The notes under the pieces: model-generated
What the model was told of the DNA's origin: nothing
Database searches by the model: none
Seen by the model: only the letters and a program-made list of their open reading frames with translations
Translations under genes and position numbers: made by a program
In this document: positions 39,079-47,442 of the stretch, piece by piece
How positions within the stretch are numbered: the first letter of the stretch is position 1
Layout: each line of letters starts with the position of its first letter
Source: a virus
Reading direction: 5' to 3' (one strand)
Virus record (IMG/VR): IMGVR_UViG_3300025093_000019
Location: 15,290 to 79,289 of that record
DNA: 64,000 nt

Positions 39079-39602
39079 TTTTGGTTTTTCTTAAATATAT
39101 ACAACTCGTAAGCTGCAATACAATGATCTTCATGTTTAAAGTCCAACCTACTTAAAACATTAGATATTAGTATCCCAGTTTTATTTAGTTTTCCCCTCTT
39201 TTTAAGATCACCTAAAGCAGCACTTATTGTAATATCGCCCTCTCCAAAATATGTACATTCTTCTGATGTAACTAGATCTTCTATTAATTCGCCAATCAAA
39301 ACATTTCCTAGCAAATCAATCAAAAATCCAACAAATAAGAAACCTCTTCTTATTACTACCCAACATTGATATAACACATTAAGACACCATCTACCGATTC
39401 TTTTCAATCTTTCTGGCCAACTTCTTTTTCTATAATCATAAAAAGGTTTTGAGAAAGTATAGACTATTCCTAATGGAAATAGTCCTACCGGGATAATGTC
39501 CCATATCCAGAACCATGGTAACGCTAAAGCAACAGCCAAAAATGCCACTAGTAGCGTACCAAATTCTTTAAGAATGAAATTTATTGTTTTCATCTTATTC
39601 AC
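39075..39602 (-). CDS. Hypothetical membrane protein
   Basis: Hydrophobic N-terminus; D.LGNV...FG..D.TISAALG...DHC. Confidence 0.5.
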   Translation of the reverse strand: MNKMKTINFILKEFGTLLVAFLAVALALPWFWIWDIIPVGLFPLGIVYTFSKPFYDYRKRSWPERLKRIGRWCLNVLYQCWVVIRRGFLFVGFLIDLLGNVLIGELIEDLVTSEECTYFGEGDITISAALGDLKKRGKLNKTGILISNVLSRLDFKHEDHCIAAYELYIFKKNQK

Positions 39603-39903
39603 TTTTCATACCTTCAACATCATCTTGGAAAACCAAGATGTCTTCATGAATCACTCCCCATCTACTTGCTTTAACATACCCTTTTAAGTTGTCTGCGTCA
39701 TTATCTTCAAACTTAATTAGGTCATTAGTATTTGGAGCAGCTTCTACTGCTTTCATGATTCTCAATCTTTTCCTCATTTCAGATGGAGATATACCTCCTT
39801 GAGGAACAGCATTTAATGCTACCGCAATAAGATCTGCATAAACTGCATTTGTTTCTCCGTCTGGATTCTTTAGCGTTGTTTCTTTGTTCTGTAAAACTTT
39901 CAT
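39595..39903 (-). CDS. Small protein following tail fibre (possible chaperone)
   Basis: Position and size only. Confidence 0.35.
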   Translation of the reverse strand: MKVLQNKETTLKNPDGETNAVYADLIAVALNAVPQGGISPSEMRKRLRIMKAVEAAPNTNDLIKFEDNDADNLKGYVKASRWGVIHEDILVFQDDVEGMKSE

Positions 39904-39932
39904 CTTATTATTATTTATTGGTTACACTATTT

Positions 39933-41462
39933 TTAAAAACTAATTTCTTTTTCAAAAACATTTTGCACCAAAATACCTACTGCACCTTCAATCGTCCAAT
40001 CTGCGTTTGATACATTTTCTAATGCAAAATAAAAACCGCCTAAAACAAAAGGATCATTAGCAGATGCTGTATAGGTTACAAAAACGTGCTGTTGCCCTGT
40101 TATACCACTTGTACTATCATATCTTTGAACAGGTATAGCAGAACCAATTACACTGTCATCTTCATATCTACGAAGTTGTAAGTTTGCATATTTAACTGCT
40201 CCCGTATTTACATTAAAGTTTACTCTGATATAATGTTGTATTCTTGTATTAAAATAAGGTTTACCTGTATACGGTATTAATAAGTGGTCAGGCACAGGTG
40301 TACTTCCACCCGTAAACTCTTGTACTATATTACCACTTAAATCTCCCGTCAAATTAGTAATAGTCATATTTATTAAATTAGCTCTTGAAGAACAAAATCT
40401 TAATCTACCATCAGCACCACTTCCTAAAGCAAAAAGCCTAATATTTAATGCGTTTAATGCCGCTTCGTGTGTTGCAACAAAATCACTAGCAGTTGTAAAC
40501 TCATCAGTGTTAAAAGTCACTAAATAATTAGTAACCCCTCCGTCAAAAGAAACATTAGCAGTACCCCCAACAGTTTGAGTTAACTGTATTGAAAGTCCGT
40601 AAGCAATATTGTACTCATCATAAGGTGTAGTACCAGCAGAATACATTGTTAAAGTTGCTGTCTCATTATCTGAAGCACCTCCTCCTTGAACTATTGTAAC
40701 TACATCTCCTTCTGTATAATTATTACCTTTATCGTTTATTGTAATTGAAGTGATATCCCCACCTACTGCAACTATGTCAAATGTCAAACCTACTCCTGTA
40801 CCACCTGTTGTAGGAACATTGTTTGCAGTAACATAACCTGTACCAACAACTCCATCTAAAGTTGCAGATTCTACAACAGGGTTTACCTTATCACTTGCTA
40901 AATCTGTTACAGTTGCAGTTTCATCATCAGATGCTCCACCACCTTGTACAATAGTAATAACATCATTTAAAGTATATCCAAAACCTGGATTATTTATTGT
41001 TACTGAAGTAACATCTCCACCACCATCTGCTACAATATCGACCGTCATTCCTGTACCACTACCTGTTGTTGTAGTTGCAACTCCATTAGCTGTTACATAA
41101 CCTGTTCCTGTTACACCTCCTAAAGTTAATTCAGAAGCGTATAAGTCATCTCTAAAAAACGTAAGTCCATTTGCAGTTGCTCCTGTTAATAAAACAGTTG
41201 CAGGTGAAGTTTTTTCCCATTGTGTAGATGAAATATTGTATGCATTTGTGCTTGCTCCACCAGAAGAAACTTCTTTCCATACAGCTGCACCTGTTCCGGA
41301 GTCAGCACAAAGAAATACTTTGTTTAGTGTTGTATTAACCCAAACTGATCCTTCTTCGTATCCTGATGTATTGTCATCTCCAACAGCTGGATTTACAGTT
41401 GCTGACAGATTGTTTTTTGTCGGAAACTCCGCATTGCTATCTATATTACCAAATCTTCCCAT
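39933..41462 (-). CDS. Tail fibre/spike-like protein with internal tandem repeat
   Basis: N-terminal P...DD..GY..GS.WVN...F.C.D...A.W module; two ~70-aa GTGY...TIVQGGGASD.ETAT repeats. Confidence 0.6.
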   Translation of the reverse strand: MGRFGNIDSNAEFPTKNNLSATVNPAVGDDNTSGYEEGSVWVNTTLNKVFLCADSGTGAAVWKEVSSGGASTNAYNISSTQWEKTSPATVLLTGATANGLTFFRDDLYASELTLGGVTGTGYVTANGVATTTTGSGTGMTVDIVADGGGDVTSVTINNPGFGYTLNDVITIVQGGGASDDETATVTDLASDKVNPVVESATLDGVVGTGYVTANNVPTTGGTGVGLTFDIVAVGGDITSITINDKGNNYTEGDVVTIVQGGGASDNETATLTMYSAGTTPYDEYNIAYGLSIQLTQTVGGTANVSFDGGVTNYLVTFNTDEFTTASDFVATHEAALNALNIRLFALGSGADGRLRFCSSRANLINMTITNLTGDLSGNIVQEFTGGSTPVPDHLLIPYTGKPYFNTRIQHYIRVNFNVNTGAVKYANLQLRRYEDDSVIGSAIPVQRYDSTSGITGQQHVFVTYTASANDPFVLGGFYFALENVSNADWTIEGAVGILVQNVFEKEISF

Positions 41463-41486
41463 TTTAATAAATTTTATGTAAGTTCA

Positions 41487-43010
41487 TTATAAAATAATAT
41501 TAACAGATCTTAGGTCTGAAAGCAAAGTACCAACAACGTCTGCAAGCTCATCTAGTGATGTAGAGTTTGCATCATATGCACGATCAGTTGTTACGTTTGT
41601 TTCAGTGTATGTTTGACCTGTTTCGTAAGTCGATATATCAGAAAGAAAAGCAATTGTTCCAGACGCATCTTGCAATGTTGCTGTATGAACTGCGGTTTGA
41701 GTTGCTGGAACAATATCAATTCTTCCAGCCCACGTATCATTTCCAAATCTTAATAATGGAACATCTCCTCCGCTAGGAGTTAGGTAAACCCCTCCGTTTG
41801 GAAGAAGCTTAACACCAAATTCATTTACTCCGTCATCTGCGAATTTACCGATGATCAAGCCATCTGTATTTCTAAATGCAGTTGCATCTGATATTACATT
41901 TGCTTGTTTAAAGTATCCTTTTACAGTTGAAAAATTATCCAGGAAAGATAAATTTTGACCTCCAGAAATATGAATTGGATTTGGTCCAGTTACATATCCA
42001 ACAGCTAGAACATCTTGTAATGATGATGCTACAATATCAGAAAGTAGTGCAAATGTTCCTGTCTGATCAGGAAGGGTCCAGAATTGATTTCCTGTTAGGC
42101 TTGTTGGATCCAGGGTTCCAAAGAATCCATCTTGCTCAAATCTTAATTGAACAGAACTATCTATGTCGATATAAGATGTTCCACCATTTGATTCAAACTT
42201 AAACCTTTTATATCCAACGTCATCTAAAGTTATGAAGTGACTATCAGGACCTTCTCCTGGTTGAGTGTATCCAATTGATGCCAGGCCTTCTTGGAAGAAT
42301 GCATATCCTCCACTATTTACAATTCCAGCACCTAATCTAAGAATAGCTATTCCATCGGAACCAGCACCCCCATCTTCAAAATCTATGAAGAATCTATTGT
42401 TTGATGTTGCATTGTTTGTCCAGATCTTTCTGTTTCCTGACACTTCTGTACTCATTATAATATCATGAGCACCAGTAAAGTTTCCTTCGTTTAAAGTAAC
42501 TTCAAGATTCTCTACTGCAAAGAAAGCAGATGCAAGAACATTATATTTATCATAAGAAGATCCATTCCATCTACAAAAAACAAGAGTATCTGTTAGTTGA
42601 ATGTCTGATATAGGAAGTCCACAAATATCCCATAGATATGCAAAGTCATTCATATCGACAGCTGAATCTGGAATTGGAACACCTCCACTACTACCTCCTG
42701 ATAAAACAAGGTTGTCTCCTACTCTTGTTAAAAGTTGATCATTAGTATCAATTCCTGCACCTCCAAATAACTCCCAATTAGCTATATCAGCATTAAAGTC
42801 TTCTGAAGCTGTATGATCTACAAGACATCTGTAGTAATTTCCGTCTGGTGCAAGAACCTCTCTTCCTGCGTCGTATTCAAATCTTTGTGACCACGGTGGA
42901 ATATCTCCAGGTCTTAGTCCGTGATAATTGTCTCCGGCACCTTGGCCGCCTCCTTCGGCTTTCGATTGTTTGCCAAATAATTTTGATTCAGGTCCAAATA
43001 AATTTGCCAT
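41487..43010 (-). CDS. Tail fibre-like protein with N-terminal CBM5/12-like carbohydrate-binding module
   Basis: W...Y.AG..V...GNYYRCLVDHTAS...W; repeated L..VL..G and TL.D.SGT.A.LSDI fibre motifs. Confidence 0.6.
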   Translation of the reverse strand: MANLFGPESKLFGKQSKAEGGGQGAGDNYHGLRPGDIPPWSQRFEYDAGREVLAPDGNYYRCLVDHTASEDFNADIANWELFGGAGIDTNDQLLTRVGDNLVLSGGSSGGVPIPDSAVDMNDFAYLWDICGLPISDIQLTDTLVFCRWNGSSYDKYNVLASAFFAVENLEVTLNEGNFTGAHDIIMSTEVSGNRKIWTNNATSNNRFFIDFEDGGAGSDGIAILRLGAGIVNSGGYAFFQEGLASIGYTQPGEGPDSHFITLDDVGYKRFKFESNGGTSYIDIDSSVQLRFEQDGFFGTLDPTSLTGNQFWTLPDQTGTFALLSDIVASSLQDVLAVGYVTGPNPIHISGGQNLSFLDNFSTVKGYFKQANVISDATAFRNTDGLIIGKFADDGVNEFGVKLLPNGGVYLTPSGGDVPLLRFGNDTWAGRIDIVPATQTAVHTATLQDASGTIAFLSDISTYETGQTYTETNVTTDRAYDANSTSLDELADVVGTLLSDLRSVNIIL

Positions 43011-43015
43011 AGCTC

Positions 43016-43312
43016 TTAATCATTGCAGCATTGCTCACCGAATGCCATATTACTAATTAGAATGTTTCTTAGGTTTCTACCCCAAATAGTAGAATAAAAA
43101 GCATTCATTTTGAATCCGCCTGCCGGAAGCTGTCCAGCTGCTTCAGTCACACAACATGCTGAAGATTTTGGATCAGGCTTTGCTTTTGCTACTTGCGGAA
43201 TATCATTTCCAAAAATAGTTCTTTTTTCTTTTCCGTTTTTTAAATCGGAAAACATGGATCCAGAACTGAACCCTTTAAACATATCGTTACTTGCTGAATA
43301 ATCTGGTATCAT
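43016..43312 (-). CDS. Hypothetical protein
   Basis: ORF in operon. Confidence 0.5.
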   Translation of the reverse strand: MIPDYSASNDMFKGFSSGSMFSDLKNGKEKRTIFGNDIPQVAKAKPDPKSSACCVTEAAGQLPAGGFKMNAFYSTIWGRNLRNILISNMAFGEQCCND

Positions 43313-43323
43313 AATTTTTTAAT

Positions 43324-43803
43324 TTAATTTGGACAAGGCCCTAAAAATTCAAAACTTAAACCTGGGAAGGTTATACACGCTAGTGCTTGGCATCCTACAG
43401 GATTAATTAAAATATTGCTGTTTCCGTCAACATCTATTGACCACTCCTCCGCACAGAAATCTATTATATAACCTCCTTTAACATCTGGAACAATATATGA
43501 TTGTGGATTTCCGGCTTCATCTATCCATGTTACATTATATGCTGCCGTAACACCGCTACCTACATTCATTCTGTATTGAACAATATTAGGCACTTCAAAG
43601 TCTTCTAATTCTACTGGATCGTAAACAGGTTCTGCTGGTTCACATGAAGTTGGGCTAGTTGGGCTTTGAGGATTGTCTTCTATTGCACATGGACAATCAA
43701 GACCTTTTTCATCATCATTCGTAAAAAGCGATTTCTCTTCCTCTATTGAAGAATCAGGGAAGAACCCCCTGCTGTTACCACTCTTTGCGAAAAAACTTCC
43801 CAT
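43324..43803 (-). CDS. Hypothetical acidic Cys-containing protein
   Basis: ORF in operon. Confidence 0.5.
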   Translation of the reverse strand: MGSFFAKSGNSRGFFPDSSIEEEKSLFTNDDEKGLDCPCAIEDNPQSPTSPTSCEPAEPVYDPVELEDFEVPNIVQYRMNVGSGVTAAYNVTWIDEAGNPQSYIVPDVKGGYIIDFCAEEWSIDVDGNSNILINPVGCQALACITFPGLSFEFLGPCPN

Positions 43804-44324
43804 TATCCGTCTTCAAACATTTTAGACTCACCACCACCAACTTGCCTGGCCAGTGCTTCTTTGTTTACTTTTTGTTCAAGCTTGTCGTAATAGTCAAATA
43901 GTTCTTCACATCCTTTAACCATTGATCGATAAACTTTTTCGTTCTTTTCGCTGATTTCCATTGTGTCGAAATAATCAATGTATTCATCGATTTTTTTCTT
44001 ACACCCATGAAGCAACCTCTCTGTGTGAGAGTATTGTATTTCATTTAGTTTCTCAACAATTAATTGAAATTGGTCGCTTTGTTCTGCTTTCTTCCAATAG
44101 TCTTTCTCTCCAACAACATCAGCTGATACTAGCTTCTGCCTGTCATGGATTTCCATTGCTTGATAGATTGATCTTTTATCATAGACACTAAAAACATACG
44201 ATGCCAACTTGTGAAATCTTGCTTTGTTTTTAGAGTGATCTTGATCATATAAATCTTTTATCGCCTTGTTCAGAAGACCTTGGTCTGTGACAACAACCTT
44301 CCCATTTTTCAATTCAAAGAACAT
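43803..44324 (-). CDS. Conserved crAss-like helical protein (possible terminase small subunit)
   Basis: Helical protein ending RQVGGG...FED; function inferred from family resemblance and position only. Confidence 0.4.
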   Translation of the reverse strand: MFFELKNGKVVVTDQGLLNKAIKDLYDQDHSKNKARFHKLASYVFSVYDKRSIYQAMEIHDRQKLVSADVVGEKDYWKKAEQSDQFQLIVEKLNEIQYSHTERLLHGCKKKIDEYIDYFDTMEISEKNEKVYRSMVKGCEELFDYYDKLEQKVNKEALARQVGGGESKMFEDG

Positions 44325-44326
44325 AA

Positions 44327-44653
44327 CTAGGAAACTTCTTGTGATGGTATCTCTTTTGGGAATGAGTCTTTTTGCGGATTCAACTTTTGTTTCTTTCCAA
44401 ATGGTATTAATTCCATCGTAAGAAATCTTCCACGATCATATCTACCATCTTTGTCGAACCAGTGGCATTCAATTCCAACTGTAAAAGTCTTTGGAACCTT
44501 ATTGCCTTTTTCATCTATTAGAACCTCAGTCTTTTTGAGAATATCATCAACAATCATTTTCCTTTCCGGAAACTCCCTATGTGCCACAGGCACACCAGGC
44601 TTAATCCAGTACTTGCTGTCTCTCTGTTCTATTTGGCTCTGTTTGTCTGACAT
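44327..44653 (-). CDS. YodC/DUF2158-like SH3-fold protein
   Basis: PG..V......KMIV...IECHWFD....F...EL. Confidence 0.45.
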   Translation of the reverse strand: MSDKQSQIEQRDSKYWIKPGVPVAHREFPERKMIVDDILKKTEVLIDEKGNKVPKTFTVGIECHWFDKDGRYDRGRFLTMELIPFGKKQKLNPQKDSFPKEIPSQEVS

Positions 44654-44661
44654 CTTCGACG

Positions 44662-44669
44662 CTAAGTTA
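44662..44669 (-). promoter_or_regulatory. -7-like box TAACTTAG
   Basis: Same octamer as at 46099, located 8 nt upstream of the ATG at 44653. Confidence 0.4.
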
Positions 44670-44681
44670 CAAATTTATTTC

Positions 44682-45140
44682 TTAAAAAATAGATATTAAA
44701 ACACCAGGGTTATTTTTATCTACTTCGTACTCTAAAAAGTATGGTCTGACATTTACACAATCGTCATCTTCAATCCATCCATGCTTTACCATCATGTCTT
44801 GAACTATCTGTGCTGCGTTTATGTAATCAAACTTTCTTTTTGTCTTTCGGAAAAACTTAAAACAGATTCTGTAGGGCGGCTCGAAATTTTTCACGAGTTC
44901 TTTGAACTCCTTTTTGTTTGCTGCATACTCCCACTCCCTTTCCTTGATATATCTCTTGGTTGCCTTAGAGCTATTAAGATTTAGTCTCACCGGCATGTAT
45001 GCACCATTCTTCAAATGATATATACTAGACTTAGATCCCTTCTTCATGTAAAGAAACCCTATTTCTTTTGAGTTCTTCGATGAGGGTACTTCTCCCGGCA
45101 TAAAAATGCCTCTCTCTATGATCTGCTGTTCTGTACTCAT
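44682..45140 (-). CDS. rusA: RusA-like Holliday junction resolvase
   Basis: VPSSKN; RKFDYIN...QD.M...WIEDDD acidic triad; NPGV.I. Confidence 0.8.
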   Translation of the reverse strand: MSTEQQIIERGIFMPGEVPSSKNSKEIGFLYMKKGSKSSIYHLKNGAYMPVRLNLNSSKATKRYIKEREWEYAANKKEFKELVKNFEPPYRICFKFFRKTKRKFDYINAAQIVQDMMVKHGWIEDDDCVNVRPYFLEYEVDKNNPGVLISIF

Positions 45141-45297
45141 TGTTCAAAATATTTATCTTCCCCCATGACAAGCAAAGAGGACAATCGTCAATGTAATCTT
45201 CTTTCTTAAAAACTTTGTTTCTAAAAACAATGCGTTCAAATTTAACAAATCCTTTTCCGATGCAACACGGACATTCTTCTTTTTTAATCACCATCAT
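45031..45297 (-). CDS. Small zinc-finger protein (DnaJ-type CxxCxGxG repeats)
   Basis: CPCCIGKG...CPLCLSWG. Confidence 0.5.
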   Translation of the reverse strand: MMVIKKEECPCCIGKGFVKFERIVFRNKVFKKEDYIDDCPLCLSWGKINILNNEYRTADHRERHFYAGRSTLIEELKRNRVSLHEEGI

Positions 45298-45874
45298 TAT
45301 TATCTTTTGATCTTTCTTCCATTATTTTATCTGTAGTGAGATTGCTCTCTGGTATATCTCTATAATCAGGATCCATCTTAACCATGTCCTCTTTTGTTTC
45401 CGGATACTTTCCAGGATTCTCTACAGAGATCCTTCTAAGTTGTGCTCCCAAATAACAGATCGATGTTTCCATGTGGTCAATTGCTCTATCGATCGACCTC
45501 ATACCAAGCAACTGGAACTTAGGTGTAGGTATTGGAGATCTCTGCATTCTTATCGATACAATTTTTGCCATGATCATATCCAAGCTTCTTATTAAAAACT
45601 TGATATGTTTCACGTCTGAAAAATCGTCGTTCACTTCCACCAGGGAAGTGTCCACCTTATCAACATCCAATTCTATGATCTCATTTCTTTCATCATACAT
45701 ATTCGGATACGGATTATTACTTCCAGAATAAAACGCATACCTACCCATTGCCATCCTAGCTTCAACTAAATTCTGAAAGGCATTCCTTAAATTAATTTCT
45801 TCCAATGATAAGCTTTTGGACATGTACTCTAAACCATAATCGATTTCGATTCTTATTTCACTTCCTCCATACAT
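45284..45874 (-). CDS. Hypothetical protein with an internally duplicated helical unit
   Basis: A..NL.EA.M.MG...NPYP and AIDHMETS..YLG...KYP halves. Confidence 0.5.
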   Translation of the reverse strand: MYGGSEIRIEIDYGLEYMSKSLSLEEINLRNAFQNLVEARMAMGRYAFYSGSNNPYPNMYDERNEIIELDVDKVDTSLVEVNDDFSDVKHIKFLIRSLDMIMAKIVSIRMQRSPIPTPKFQLLGMRSIDRAIDHMETSICYLGAQLRRISVENPGKYPETKEDMVKMDPDYRDIPESNLTTDKIMEERSKDNNDGD

Positions 45875-45877
45875 AAT

Positions 45878-46081
45878 TCACAATTGATTGTTAATAAATA
45901 TACTATTCTTTACTTCCTCACTTAAACCATCAATAACTAGTTCCTTGATTGAATTAGGCAATACGTTAAGCTCAGAGATAAGTCCGTCTATAGAAAGGGT
46001 GCGAAGAGGAGCCTCGGCATACCCCCCTTCAGAGAGTGCACCCCAGTTAACATCAAAGTCTAATGTGATTTCTTCAAACAT
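45878..46081 (-). CDS. Hypothetical protein, first gene of the leftward operon
   Basis: ATG just downstream of the promoter at 46099-46129. Confidence 0.45.
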   Translation of the reverse strand: MFEEITLDFDVNWGALSEGGYAEAPLRTLSIDGLISELNVLPNSIKELVIDGLSEEVKNSIFINNQL

Positions 46082-46098
46082 CTGCCGAGATATTTATA

Positions 46099-46129
46099 CT
46101 AAGTTACAAAAAAAGCCGGAGGAGAACAA
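46099..46129 (-). promoter_or_regulatory. Bacteroidota-type promoter TTG-N20-TAACTTAG for the leftward operon
   Basis: CTAAGTTA at 46099-46106 and CAA at 46127-46129, 20-nt spacer. Confidence 0.55.
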
Positions 46130-46177
46130 GCGTTCACTTAACCAAACACAAAGCAGATCCCCCCGGCCTTTTGATGG
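46108..46177 (-). ncRNA. Putative ~70-nt hairpin sRNA with intrinsic terminator
   Basis: Lies downstream of a consensus promoter. GCCGGGGGGA/UCCUCCGGC stem, ~34-nt loop, then U7. Confidence 0.5.
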
Positions 46178-46183
46178 TGACTC

Positions 46184-46215
46184 CAAATATATATAACACC
46201 CCCCATACTTCCAAA
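46184..46215 (-). promoter_or_regulatory. Consensus Bacteroidota sigma70 promoter TTTG-N20-TATATTTG
   Basis: CAAATATA at 46184-46191 and CAAA at 46212-46215, exact 20-nt spacer. Confidence 0.7.
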
Positions 46216-46293
46216 TAGTTTGCGACTATATACTCCTGAAGTACCACCACTGTATCCCCCCTACCTTTCAACATATCAAAATAGTTAAATGTT

Positions 46294-46632
46294 ATGAAAC
46301 AAAACATCTTAAAACTTAAAGATGTCGTTGCACAAGCAAAGCGTTTGTTAGCGGGCGACATTGAGGCGGAACCACAGGATGTGGTTATCACTCGAACTAT
46401 TGACTACAAGAACGGGAAGACTAAGCGTGATTCTCAGTGGCAGGGCTACATGATGCAGTTCAGCGAAACTGATAAGGGCAAGGTCGAAGTTCCTGTGTCT
46501 GCTGGTCTTCTACTCACTATCGCTGAGGAGAACGACAAGGTGAACGAAGTGTTCACTCAGCACAAAGACGGTAGCATGACACTCAAGCATTTGAAGTGGG
46601 GTGTGAAGGATGGTCAGTTTATCTTAGGATAG
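46294..46632 (+). CDS. Hypothetical early protein (first rightward gene)
   Basis: ATG after an A-rich leader; codon usage suggests high expression. Confidence 0.7.
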   Translation: MKQNILKLKDVVAQAKRLLAGDIEAEPQDVVITRTIDYKNGKTKRDSQWQGYMMQFSETDKGKVEVPVSAGLLLTIAEENDKVNEVFTQHKDGSMTLKHLKWGVKDGQFILG

Positions 46633-46638
46633 ACTGAT

Positions 46639-46655
46639 CGGCCTTCGGCCGTTTT
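46639..46655 (+). terminator. Hairpin CGGCC-TTC-GGCCG followed by TTTT
   Basis: Perfect 5-bp GC stem 7 nt after the stop codon. Confidence 0.5.
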
Positions 46656-46774
46656 GATTCTATCTCCCAATACAGGGAGTATTGTTTAACCAAAGATTGT
46701 CCGTTTGTGTACGGGGCTGAGAAGATCTGCAAGCCAATACACTTCTCTTTTTATTTACTTAAAACCAATACATC

Positions 46775-46975
46775 GTGAAGAAGATACTTATACTTTTCGC
46801 AGCAGGATTATTAATCACATCATGTGCTCCAGTACAGAAGGATGTGAAACCAGGTACATTAGAAATCTGGACTGATGATCAAGGAGATATTCATCGTGAA
46901 TTTAAAGGTGACGATGGATCTTATTCTCATTTGGTGAATGGCGTGCTTGTTGAACTCAAAGTGGTTCGCAAGTAG
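46775..46975 (+). CDS. Small lipoprotein
   Basis: MKK-hydrophobic-LITSC lipobox. Confidence 0.7.
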   Translation: MKKILILFAAGLLITSCAPVQKDVKPGTLEIWTDDQGDIHREFKGDDGSYSHLVNGVLVELKVVRK

Positions 46976-46984
46976 GCCACGCCT

Positions 46985-47226
46985 ATTTATTTACAACTGT
47001 ATTCTAAATACTAGTTAATCCAACAAATAAAGAGTAATAAATATGTGTTTATCTAAATACATTACTTAATATACTCTACTATGTTGTATTACTTAATTAT
47101 GATACAGAGTAAATTGGTTTAAGTAATTTGTATTAAGTAACTTGTTTTCTACAACTGTATTAAGACGAAGTTATATACAATAAAAGAGAAATTCAACTTA
47201 TCTTTTAAACAATAAAATGTTAACAA
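46985..47226. repeat. AT-rich noncoding region with direct and inverted repeats (candidate replication origin)
   Basis: TACAACTGTATT x2 (46992, 47150), TCTAAATAC x2 (47003, 47052), ATTACTTAAT x2 (47061, 47088), inverted TTAAGTAA x2 (47119, 47133). Confidence 0.55.
47166..47196 (-). promoter_or_regulatory. Leftward promoter TTG-N20-TAACTTCG pointing into the AT-rich repeat region
   Basis: CGAAGTTA at 47166-47173 and CAA at 47194-47196. Confidence 0.45.
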
Positions 47227-47427
47227 GTGAAAAATCGTGGGAATTTTGGAGCTTTAGAACCATATTATGGGTATAAAGTGACCGTAAAGGATATATTTGG
47301 GGACATCAAATCATTTAAGATTTTGGCTCGATCAGAATACGAAGCTCGTGAAAGAGTATATGCTAAATTCATGCAGTTTCAACCTGATTTACAAGAATAC
47401 TCATTTGGTGTAAGAACTTTAATTTAA
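47227..47427 (+). CDS. Hypothetical protein
   Basis: Y.V......F.I.A.SE.EA small phage fold pattern. Confidence 0.55.
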   Translation: MKNRGNFGALEPYYGYKVTVKDIFGDIKSFKILARSEYEARERVYAKFMQFQPDLQEYSFGVRTLI

Positions 47428-47442
47428 TTGGCACTGTAGATC

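Noticed and set aside
39933-43010. Diversity-generating retroelement target
   Set aside because: No reverse transcriptase or adenine-specific TR/VR pair seen; the repeat is an ordinary in-frame duplication
45888-46391. ORFs 45888-46196 (+) and 46134-46391 (-)
   Set aside because: They overlap promoters, the sRNA hairpin and better-supported genes on the opposite strand
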